Below, piece after piece: positions 52,001 to 64,000 of a DNA stretch of 64,000 nt. The notes beneath the pieces are model-generated. The model was given only the letters and a program-made list of their open reading frames with translations. It had not been told where the DNA came from and made no database searches. This DNA comes from Paragordius varius (taxonomy: Eukaryota > Animalia > Nematomorpha): contig OZ176057.1 of NCBI GenBank assembly GCA_964247055.1, positions 4,216,001 through 4,280,000 of the forward strand. The letters run 5' to 3'. The position numbers were made by a program, and so were the translations under genes. Position 1 is the stretch's first letter. The number at the start of each line of letters is the position of its first letter.

Positions 52001-55000
52001 GATTGTTGGAAAAATGTTTTGATTGTTGAAAATATATGTTTGATTGTTGGAAACATTTAAAAGTTTTTGGGCAACATATTTTGATTGTTGGAAAAATGTT
52101 TTGATTGTTGAAAATATATGTTTGATTGTTGGAAACATTTAAAAGTTTTTGGGCAACATATTTTGATTGTTGGAAAAATGTTTTGATTGTTGAAAATATA
52201 TGTTTGATTGTTGGAAACATTTAAAAGTTTTTGGGCAACATATTTTGATTGTTGGAAAAATTATTTGATTGTTGAATATATATGTTTGATTGTTGGAAAC
52301 ATTAAAAAGTTATTGGTCAACATATTTTGATTGTTGGAAAAATTATTTGATTGTTGAAAATATATGTTTGATTGCTGGAAACATTTAAAAGTTTTTGGGC
52401 AACATATTTTGATTGTTGGAAAAATTATTTGATTGTTGAATATATATGTTTGATTGTTGGAAACATTTAAAAGTTTTTGGGCAACATATTTTGATTGTTG
52501 GAAAAATTATTTGATTGTTGAAAATATATGTTTGATTGCTGGAAACATTTAAAAGTTTTTGGGCAACATATTTTGATTGTTGGAAAAATTTGATTGTTTA
52601 AAATATATGTTTCATTGTTGGAAACATTAAAAAGGTTTTGCGCAACATATTTTAATTGTTGGAAAAATTATTTGATTGTTGAATATATATGTTTGATTGT
52701 TGGAAACATTAAAAAGTTATTGGGCATCATATTTTGATTGTTGGAAAAATTATTTGATTGTTGTATATATATGTTTGATTGTTGGAAACATTAAAAAGTT
52801 ATTGGGCAACATATTTTGATTGTTGGAAAAATTATTTGATTGTTGAAAATATATGTTTGATTGTTGGAAACATTTAAAAGTTTTTGGGCAACATATTTTG
52901 ATTGTTGGAAAAATTATTTGATTGTTGAATATATATGTTTGATTGTTGGAAACATTAAAAAGTTATTGGGCAACATATTTTGATTGTTGGAAAAATTATT
53001 TGATTGTTGAATATATATGTTTGATTGTTGGAAACATTTAAAAGTTTTTGGGCAACATATTTTGATTGTTGGAAAAATTATTTGATTGTTGAAAATATAT
53101 GTTTGATGGCTGGAAACATTTAAAAGTTTTTGGGCAACATATTTTGATTGTTGGAAAAATATGATTGTTGAAAATATATGTTTCATTGTTGGAAACATTA
53201 AAAAGGTTTTGCGCAACATATTTTGATTGTTGGAAAAATTATTTGATTGTTGAAAATATATGTTTAATTGTTGGAAACATTTAAAATTTGGTCAACATAT
53301 TTTGATTGTTGTAAAAAATATTTGATTGTTGAAAATATATGTTTCATTGTTGGAAACATTAAAAAGGTTTTGCGCAACATATTTTGATTGTTGGAAAAAT
53401 TATTTGATTGTTGAATATATATGTTTGATTGTTGGAAACATTTAAAAGTTTTTGGGCAACATATTTTGATTGTTGGAAAAATGTTTTGATTGTTGAAAAT
53501 ATATGTTTGATTGTTGGAAACATTTAAAAGTTTTTGGGCAACATATTTTGATTGTTGGAAAAATGTTTTGATTGTTGAAAATATATGTTTGATTGTTGGA
53601 AACATTTAAAAGTTTTTGGGCAACATATTTTGATTGTTGGAAAAATTATTTGATTGTTGAATATATATGTTTGATTGTTGGAAACATTAAAAAGTTATTG
53701 GGCAACATATTTTGATTGTTGGAAAAATTATTTGATTGTTGAATATATATGTTTGATTGTTGGAAACATTTAAAAGTTTTTGGGCAACATATTTTGATTG
53801 TTGGAAAAATTATTTGATTGTTGAAAATATATGTTTGATTGCTGGAAACATTTAAAAGTTTTTGGGCAACATATTTTGATTGTTGGAAAAATTTGATTGT
53901 TGAAAATATATGTTTCATTGTTGGAAACATTAAAAAGGTTTTGCGCAACATATTTTGATTGTTGGAAAAATTATTTGATTGTTGAATATATATGTTTGAT
54001 TGTTGGAAACATTAAAAAGTTATTGGGCATCATATTTTGATTGTTGGAAAAATTATTTGATTGTTGAATATATATGTTTGATTGTTGGAAACATTAAAAA
54101 GTTATTGGGCAACATATTTTGATTGTTGGAAAAATTATTTGATTGTTGAATATATATGTTTGATTGTTGGAAACATCTAAAAGTTTTTGGGCAACATATT
54201 TTGATTGTTGGAAAAATTATTTGATTGTTGAAAATATATGTTTGATGGCTGGAAACATTTAAAAGTTTTTGGGCAACATATTTTGATTGTTGGAAAAATA
54301 TGATTGTTGAAAATATATGTTTCATTGTTGGAAACATTAAAAAGGTTTTGCGCAACATATTTTGATTGTTGGAAAAATTATTTGATTGTTGAAAATATAT
54401 GTTTAATTGTTGGAAACATTTAAAATTTGGTCAACATATTTTGATTGTTGTAAAAAATATTTGATTGTTGAAAATATATGTTTCATTGTTGGAAACATTA
54501 AAAAGGTTTTGCGCAACATATTTTGATTGTTGGAAAAATTATTTGATTGTTGAATATATATGTTTGATTGTTGGAAACATTTAAAAGTTTTTGGGCAACA
54601 TATTTTGATTGTTGGAAAAATGTTTTGATTGTTGAAAATATATGTTTGATTGTTGGAAACATTTAAAAGTTTTTGGGCAACACATTTTGATTGTTGGAAA
54701 AATGTTTTGATTGTTGAAAATATATGTTTGATTGTTGGAAACATTTAAAAGTTTTTGGGCAACATATTTTGATTGTTGGAAAAATTATTTGATTGTTGAA
54801 AATATATGTTTGATTGCTGGAAACATTTAAAAGTTATTGGCCAACATATTTTGATTGTTGGAAAAATTATTTGGTTGTTCAAAATATATGTTTGATTGTT
54901 GGAAACATTAAAAAAGTATTGGGCAACATATTTTTATTGTTGGAAATATCATTTGATTGTTGAAAATATATGTTTGATTGTTGGAAGCAAAAAGTTTTTG

Positions 55001-58000
55001 GGCATCATATTTTGATTGTTGGAAAAATTATTTGATTGTTGAAAATATATGTTTGATTGTTGGAAACATTTAAAAGTTATTGGGCAACATATGTTGATTG
55101 TTGGAAAAATTATTTGATTGTTGAAAATATATGTTTGATTGTTGGCATTAAAAAGTTTTTGGGCATCATATTTTGATTGTTGGAAATATTATTTGATTGT
55201 TGAAAATATATGTTTGATTGTTGGAAGCAAAATGTTTTTGGGCATCATATTTTGATTGTTAGAGAAATTATTTGATTGTTGAAAATATATGTTTGATTGC
55301 CTGAAACATTTAAAAGTTTTGGGCAACATATTTTGATTGTTGGAAAAAATATTTGATTGTTGAAAATATATGTTTCATTGTTGAAAACATTAAAAAGGTT
55401 TTGCGCAACATATTTTGATTGTTTGAAAAATTATTTGATTGTTGAAATTATATGTTTGATTGTTGGAAACATTAAAAAGTTATTGGGCAACATATTTTGA
55501 TTGTTGGAAAAATTATTTAATTGTTAAAAATAAATGTTTGATTGTTGGAAACATTAAAAAAAGTATTGGGCAACATATTTTAATTGTTGGAAAAATTATT
55601 TGATTGTTGGAAATGCATGTTTGATTGTTGGAAACATTAAAAAGTTATTGGGCAACATATTTTGTTTGTTGGAAAAATTATTTGATTGTTGAATATATAT
55701 GTTTGATTGTTGGAAACATTTGAAAGTTTTTGGGCAACATATTTTGATTGTTGGAAACATTTAAAAGTTTTTGCGCAACATATTTTGATTGTTTGAAAAA
55801 TTTGATTGTTGAAAATATATGAATGATTGCTGGAAACATTTAAAAGTTTTTGGGCAACATATTTTGATTGTTGGAAATATTATTTGATTGTTGAATATAT
55901 ATGTTTGATTGTTGGAAACATTAAAAAGTTATTGGGCAACATATTTTGATTGTTGGAAAAATGTTTTGATTGTTGAAAATATATTGGAAACATTTAAAAA
56001 TTTTGGGCAACATATTTTGATTGTTGGAAAAACTTGATTGTTGAAAATATATGTTTCATTGTTGGAAACATAAAAAAGGTTTTGCGCAGCATATTTTGAT
56101 TGTTGGAAAAATTATTTATTGTTGAAAATATATGTTTGATTGCTGGAAACATTTAAAAGTTTTTGGGCAACATATTTTGATTGTTGGAAAAATTATTGGA
56201 TTGTTGAATATATATGTTTGATTGTTGGAAACATTAAAAAGTTATTGGGCAACATATTTTGATTGTTGGAAAAATGTTTTGATTGTTGAAAATATATGTT
56301 TGATTGCTGGATACATTTAAAAGTTATTGGGCAACATATTTTGTTTGTTGGAAAAATTATTTGATTGTTGAATATATATGTTTGATTGTTGGAAACATTT
56401 GAAAGTTTTTGGGCAACATATTTTGATTGTTGGAAAAATGTTTTGATTGTTGAATATATATGTTTGATTGTTGGAAACATTTAAAAGTTTTTGCGCAACA
56501 TATTTTGATTGTTTGAAAAATTTGATTGTTGAAAATATATGAATGATTGCTGGAAACATTTAAAAGTTTTTGGGCAACATATTTTGATTGTTGGAAATAT
56601 TATTTGATTGTTGAATATATATGTTTGATTGTTGGAAACATTAAAAAGTTATTGGGCAACATATTTTGATTGTTGGAAAAATGTTTTGATTGTTGAAAAT
56701 ATATTGGAAACATTTAAAAATTTTGGGCAACATATTTTGATTGTTGGAAAAACTTGATTGTTGAAAATATATGTTTCATTGTTGGAAACATAAAAAAGGT
56801 TTTGCGCAGCATATTTTGATTGTTGGAAAAATTATTTATTGTTGAAAATATATGTTTGATTGCTGGAAACATTTAAAAGTTTTTGGGCAACATATTTTGA
56901 TTGTTGGAAAAATTATTGGATTGTTGAATATATATGTTTGATTGTTGGAAACATTAAAAAGTTATTGGGCAACATATTTTGATTGTTGGAAAAATTATTT
57001 GATTGTTGAATATATATGTTTGATTGCTGGAAACATTTAAAAGTTTTTGGGCAACATATTTTGATTGTTGGAAAAATTATTTGATTGTTGAAAATATATG
57101 TTTGATTGTTGGAAACATTTAAAAGTTTTTGGGCAACATATTTTGATTGTTGGAAAAATGTTTTGATTGTTGAAAATATATGTTTGATTGTTGGAAACAT
57201 TAAAAAGTTATTGGGCAACATATTTTGATTGTTGGAAAAATTATTTGATTGTTGAAAATATATGTTTGATTGTTGGAAACATTTAAAAGTTTTTGGGCAA
57301 CATATTTTGATTGTTGGAAAAATGTTTTGATTGTTGAAAATATATGTTTGATTGTTGGAAACATTTAAAAGTTTTTGGGCAACATATTTTGATTGTTGGA
57401 AAAATGTTTTGATTGTTGAAAATATATGTTTGATTGTTGGAAACATTTAAAAGTTTTTGGGCAACATATTTTGATTGTTGGAAAAATTATTTGATTGTTG
57501 AAAATATATGTTTGATTGCTGGAAACATTTAAAAGTTTTTGGGCAACATATTTTGATTGTTGGAAAAATTTGATTGTTTAAAATATATGTTTCATTGTTG
57601 GAAACATTAAAAAGGTTTTGCGCAACATATTTTAATTGTTGGAAAAATTATTTGATTGTTGAATATATATGTTTGATTGTTGGAAACATTAAAAAGTTAT
57701 TGGGCATCATATTTTGATTGTTGGAAAAATTATTTGATTGTTGTATATATATGTTTGATTGTTGGAAACATTAAAAAGTTATTGGGCAACATATTTTGAT
57801 TGTTGGAAAAATTATTTGATTGTTGAAAATATATGTTTGATTGTTGGAAACATTTAAAAGTTTTTGGGCAACATATTTTGATTGTTGGAAAAATTATTTG
57901 ATTGTTGAATATATATGTTTGATTGTTGGAAACATTAAAAAGTTATTGGGCAACATATTTTGATTGTTGGAAAAATTATTTGATTGTTGAATATATATGT

Positions 58001-61000
58001 TTGATTGTTGGAAACATTTAAAAGTTTTTGGGCAACATATTTTGATTGTTGGAAAAATTATTTGATTGTTGAAAATATATGTTTGATGGCTGGAAACATT
58101 TAAAAGTTTTTGGGCAACATATTTTGATTGTTGGAAAAATATGATTGTTGAAAATATATGTTTCATTGTTGGAAACATTAAAAAGGTTTTGCGCAACATA
58201 TTTTGATTGTTGGAAAAATTATTTGATTGTTGAAAATATATGTTTAATTGTTGGAAACATTTAAAATTTGGTCAACATATTTTGATTGTTGTAAAAAATA
58301 TTTGATTGTTGAAAATATATGTTTCATTGTTGGAAACATTAAAAAGGTTTTGCGCAACATATTTTGATTGTTGGAAAAATTATTTGATTGTTGAATATAT
58401 ATGTTTGATTGTTGGAAACATTTAAAAGTTTTTGGGCAACATATTTTGATTGTTGGAAAAATGTTTTGATTGTTGAAAATATATGTTTGATTGTTGGAAA
58501 CATTTAAAAGTTTTTGGGCAACATATTTTGATTGTTGGAAAAATGTTTTGATTGTTGAAAATATATGTTTGATTGTTGGAAACATTTAAAAGTTTTTGGG
58601 CAACATATTTTGATTGTTGGAAAAATTATTTGATTGTTGAATATATATGTTTGATTGTTGGAAACATTAAAAAGTTATTGGGCAACATATTTTGATTGTT
58701 GGAAAAATTATTTGATTGTTGAATATATATGTTTGATTGTTGGAAACATTTAAAAGTTTTTGGGCAACATATTTTGATTGTTGGAAAAATTATTTGATTG
58801 TTGAAAATATATGTTTGATTGCTGGAAACATTTAAAAGTTTTTGGGCAACATATTTTGATTGTTGGAAAAATTTGATTGTTGAAAATATATGTTTCATTG
58901 TTGGAAACATTAAAAAGGTTTTGCGCAACATATTTTGATTGTTGGAAAAATTATTTGATTGTTGAATATATATGTTTGATTGTTGGAAACATTAAAAAGT
59001 TATTGGGCATCATATTTTGATTGTTGGAAAAATTATTTGATTGTTGAATATATATGTTTGATTGTTGGAAACATTAAAAAGTTATTGGGCAACATATTTT
59101 GATTGTTGGAAAAATTATTTGATTGTTGAATATATATGTTTGATTGTTGGAAACATCTAAAAGTTTTTGGGCAACATATTTTGATTGTTGGAAAAATTAT
59201 TTGATTGTTGAAAATATATGTTTGATTGCTGGAAACATTTAAAAGTTTTTGGGCAACATATTTTGATTGTTGGAAAAATTTGATTGTTGAAAATATATGT
59301 TTCATTGTTGGAAACATTAAAAAGGTTTTGCGCAACATATTTTGATTGTTGGAAAAATTATTTGATTGTTGAAAATATATGTTTGATTGTTGGAAACATT
59401 TAAAATTTGGTCAACATATTTTGATTGTTGTAAAAAATATTTGATTGTTGAAAATATATGTTTCATTGTTGGAAACATTAAAAAGGTTTTGCGCAACATA
59501 TTTTGATTGTTGGAAAAATTATTTGATTGTTAAATATATATGTTTGATTGTTGGAAACATTAAAAAGTTATTGGGCAACATATTTTGATTGTTGGAAAAA
59601 TGTTTTGATTGTTGAAAATATATGTTTGATTGCTGGATACATTTAAAAGTTATTGGGCAACATATTTTGTTTGTTGGAAAAATTATTTGATTGTTGAATA
59701 TATATGTTTGATTGTTGGAAACATTTGAAAGTTTTTAGGCAACATATTTTGATTGTTGGAAAAATGTTTTGATTGTTGAATATATATGTTTGATTGTTGT
59801 AAACATTAAAAAGTTATTGGGCAATATATTTTGATTGTTGGAAAAATGTTTTGATTGTTGAATATATATGTTTGATTGTTGTAAACATTTAAAAGGTTTT
59901 GGGCAACATATTTTGATTGTTGGAAAAATTATTTGATTGTTGAATATATATGTTTGATTGTTGTAAACATTAAAAAGTTATTGGGCAATATATTTTGATT
60001 GTTGGAAAAATGTTTTGATTGTTGAAAATATATGTTTGATTGTTGGAAACATTTAAAAGTTTTTGGGCAACATATTTTGATTGTTGGAAAAATGTTTTGA
60101 TTGTTGAAAATATATGTTTGATTGTTGGAAACATTTAAAAGTTTTTGGGCAACATATTTTGTTTGTTGGAAAAATTATTTGATTGTTGAATATATATGTT
60201 TGATTGTTGTAAACATTAAAAAGTTATTGGTCAACATATTTTGATTGTTGGAAAAATTATTTGATTGTTGAAAATATATGTTTGATTGCTGGAAACATTA
60301 AAAAGGTTTTGCGCAACATATTTTGATTGTTGGAAAAATTATTTGATTGTTGAATATATATGTTTGATTGTTGGAAACAATAAAAAGTTATTGGGCAACA
60401 TATTTTGATTGTTGGAAAAATTATTTGATTGTTGAATATATATGTTTGATTGTTGTAAACATTAAAAAGTTATTGGGCAATATATTTTGATTGTTGGAAA
60501 AATGTTTTGATTGTTGAAAATATATGTTTGATTGTTGGAAACATTTAAAAGTTTTTGGGCAACATATTTTGATTGTTGGAAAAATTATTTGATTGTTGAA
60601 AATATATGTTTGATTGTTGGAAACATTTAAAAGTTTTTGGGCAACATATTTTGATTGTTGGAAAAATGTTTTGATTGTTGAAAATATATGTTTGATTGTT
60701 GGAAACATTTAAAAGTTTTTGGGCAACATATTTTGATTGTTGGAAAAATTATTTGATTGTTGAATATATATGTTTGATTGTTGGAAACATTAAAAAGTTA
60801 TTGGTCAACATATTTTGATTGTTGGAAAAATTATTTGATTGTTGAATATATATGTTTGATTGTTGGAAACATTTTAAAGTTTTTGGGCAACATATTTTGA
60901 TTGTTGGAAAAATTATTTGATTGTTGAAAATATATGTTTGATTGTTGGAAACATTTAAAAGTTTTTGGGCAACATATTTTGATTGTTGGAAAAATGTTTT

Positions 61001-64000
61001 GATTGTTTAAAATATATGTTTCATTGTTGGAAACATTAAAAAGGTTTTGCGCAACATATTTTAATTGTTGGAAAAATTATTTGATTGTTGAATATATATG
61101 TTTGATTGTTGGAAACATTAAAAAGTTATTGGGCATCATATTTTGATTGTTGGAAAAATTATTTGATTGTTGTATATATATGTTTGATTGTTGGAAACAT
61201 TAAAAAGTTATTGGGCAACATATTTTGATTGTTGGAAAAATTATTTGATTGTTGAAAATATATGTTTGATTGTTGGAAACATTTAAAAGTTTTTGGGCAA
61301 CATATTTTGATTGTTGGAAAAATTATTTGATTGTTGAATATATATGTTTGATTGTTGGAAACATTAAAAAGTTATTGGGCAACATATTTTGATTGTTGGA
61401 AAAATTATTTGATTGTTGAATATATATGTTTGATTGTTGGAAACATCTAAAAGTTTTTGGGCAACATATTTTGATTGTTGGAAAAATGTTTTGATTGTTG
61501 AAAATATATGTTTGATTGCTGGATACATTTAAAAGTTATTGGGCAACATATTTTGTTTGTTCGAAAAATTATTTGATTGTTGAATATATATGTTTGATTG
61601 TTGGAAACATTTGAAAGTTTTTAGGCAACATATTTTGATTGTTGGAAAAATGTTTTGATTGTTGAATATATATGTTTGATTGTTGTAAACATTAAAAAGT
61701 TATTGGGCAATATATTTTGATTGTTGGAAAAATGTTTTGATTGTTGAATATATATGTTTGATTGTTGTAAACATTTAAAAGGTTTTGGGCAACATATTTT
61801 GATTGTTGGAAAAATTATTTGATTGTTGAATATATATGTTTGATTGTTGTAAACATTAAAAAGTTATTGGGCAATATATTTTGATTGTTGGAAAAATGTT
61901 TTGATTGTTGAAAATATATGTTTGATTGTTGGAAACATTTAAAAGTTTTTGGGCAACATATTTTGATTGTTGGAAAAATGTTTTGATTGTTGAAAATATA
62001 TGTTTGATTGTTGGAAACATTTAAAAGTTTTTGGGCAACATATTTTGTTTGTTGGAAAAATTATTTGATTGTTGAATATATATGTTTGATTGTTGGAAAC
62101 ATTTAAAAGGTTTTGGGCAACATATTTTGATTGTTGGAAAAATTATTTGATTGTTGAATATATATGTTTGATTGTTGTAAACATTAAAAAGTTATTGGGC
62201 AATATATTTTGATTGTTGGAAAAATGTTTTGATTGTTGAAAATATATGTTTGATTGTTGGAAACATTTAAAAGTTTTTGGGCAACATATTTTGATTGTTG
62301 GAAAAATGTTTTGATTGTTGAAAATATATGTTTGATTGTTGGAAACATTTAAAAGTTTTTGGGCAACATATTTTGATTGTTGGAAAAATGTTTTGATTGT
62401 TGAAAATATATGTTTGATTGTTGGAAACATTTAAAAGTTTTTGGGCAACATATTTTGATTGTTGGAAAAATTATTTGATTGTTGAATATATATGTTTGAT
62501 TGTTGGAAACATTAAAAAGTTATTGGTCAACATATTTTGATTGTTGGAAAAATTATTTGATTGTTGAATATATATGTTTGATTGTTGGAAACATTTAAAA
62601 GTTTTTGGGCAACATATTTTGATTGTTGGAAAAATTATTTGATTGTTGAAAATATATGTTTGATTGCTGGAAACATTTAAAAGTTTTTGGGCAACATATT
62701 TTGATTGTTGGAAAAATTTGATTGTTTAAAATATATGTTTCATTGTTGGAAACATTAAAAAGGTTTTGCGCAACATATTTTAATTGTTGGAAAAATTATT
62801 TGATTGTTGAATATATATGTTTGATTGTTGGAAACATTAAAAAGTTATTGGGCATCATATTTTGATTGTTGGAAAAATTATTTGATTGTTGTATATATAT
62901 GTTTGATTGTTGGAAACATTAAAAAGTTATTGGGCAACATATTTTGATTGTTGGAAAAATTATTTGATTGTTGAAAATATATGTTTGATTGTTGGAAACA
63001 TTTAAAAGTTTTTGGGCAACATATTTTGATTGTTGGAAAAATGTTTTGATTGTTGAAAATATATGTTTGATTGTTGGAAACATTAAAAAGTTATTGGGCA
63101 ACATATTTTGATTGTTGGAAAAATTATTTGATTGTTGAATATATATGTTTGATTGTTGGAAACATCTAAAAGTTTTTGGGCAACATATTTTGATTGTTGG
63201 AAAAATTATTTGATTGTTGAAAATATATGTTTGATGGCTGGAAACATTTAAAAGTTTTTGGGCAACATATTTTGATTGTTGGAAAAATTTGATTGTTGAA
63301 AATATATGTTTCATTGTTGGAAACATTAAAAAGGTTTTGCGCAACATATTTTGATTGTTGGAAAAATTATTTGATTGTTGAAAATATATGTTTAATTGTT
63401 GGAAACATTTAAAATTTGGTCAACATATTTTGATTGTTGTAAAAAATATTTGATTGTTGAAAATATATGTTTCATTGTTGGAAACATTAAAAAGGTTTTG
63501 CGCAACATATTTTGATTGTTGGAAAAATTATTTGATTGTTGAATATATATGTTTGATTGTTGGAAACATTTAAAAGTTTTTGGGCAACATATTTTGATTG
63601 TTGGAAAAATGTTTTGATTGTTGAAAATATATGTTTGATTGTTGGAAACATTTAAAAGTTTTTGGGCAACATATTTTGATTGTTGGAAAAATTATTTGAT
63701 TGTTGAATATATATGTTTGATTGTTGGAAACATTAAAAAGTTATTGGGCAACATATTTTGATTGTTGGAAAAATTATTTGATTGTTGAATATATATGTTT
63801 GATTGTTGGAAACATTTAAAAGTTTTTGGGCAACATATTTTGATTGTTGGAAAAATTATTTGATTGTTGAATATATATGTTTGATTGTTGGAAACATTAA
63901 AAAGTTATTGGGCAACATATTTTGATTGTTGGAAAAATTATTTGATTGTTGAATATATATGTTTGATTGCTGGAAACATTTAAAAGTTTTTGGGCAACAT
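34027..64000. repeat. 82-bp satellite DNA array, ~30 kb, ~365 monomers, running off the window end
   Basis: Consensus TTGGGCAACATATTTTGATTGTTGGAAAAATTATTTGATTGTTGAAAATATATGTTTGATTGTTGGAAACATTAAAAAGTTA (82 nt), head-to-tail in a single orientation. No unique insertion was seen. Offsets between near-identical spurious ORFs (82, 164) agree with the period. Confidence 0.98.

Noticed and set aside
34621-63347. About 40 ORFs of 60-177 aa within the satellite (e.g. MFPTIKHIFSTIK..., MFDCWK...)
   Set aside because: They are translations of the 82-bp monomer cycling through three frames. Their length depends on which variant happens to avoid TAA, and there are no splice or codon features of real genes.
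34027-64000. CRISPR-like repeat-spacer array
   Set aside because: The segments between the conserved cores are themselves repeated, not unique spacers. There are no cas genes and the context is eukaryotic.
1-64000. Assignment to a named family (MEG, bicycle, chorion, minicollagen, Balbiani ring) or to a taxon
   Set aside because: Diagnostic motifs of those families are absent, and the resemblance is architectural only. No gene symbols are given.

Overview
Very AT-rich eukaryotic DNA with GT-AG introns; I infer an invertebrate animal but cannot assign the taxon from sequence alone. There are three zones. (1) 1-15 kb is mostly non-coding, with decayed palindromic MITE/foldback-like elements and one probable two-exon gene for a single-pass membrane protein (3614-6317). 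(2) 15.2-32.1 kb holds a + strand chain of about 20 tiny internal exons that the ORF track misses. They are 21-63 nt, multiples of 3 and phase 1 at both ends, and follow a signal-peptide exon. They encode Cys-pair (C-x4-C), Pro-rich and amphipathic modules of one to three small, probably secreted proteins. The zone shows exon-module duplications, a duplicated 4-exon 3' cassette and several alternative terminal exons. (3) About 34.03 kb to the window end is an uninterrupted ~30-kb array of an 82-bp satellite (about 365 monomers) built from ~20-bp subrepeats. It has a strong G/C strand skew, a degenerate-to-homogeneous gradient and nested higher-order duplications. All ORFs listed inside the array are spurious. 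I found no rRNA, tRNA, CRISPR or transposase coding sequence. Gene models were built by hand from splice signals and frame logic and need RNA evidence.
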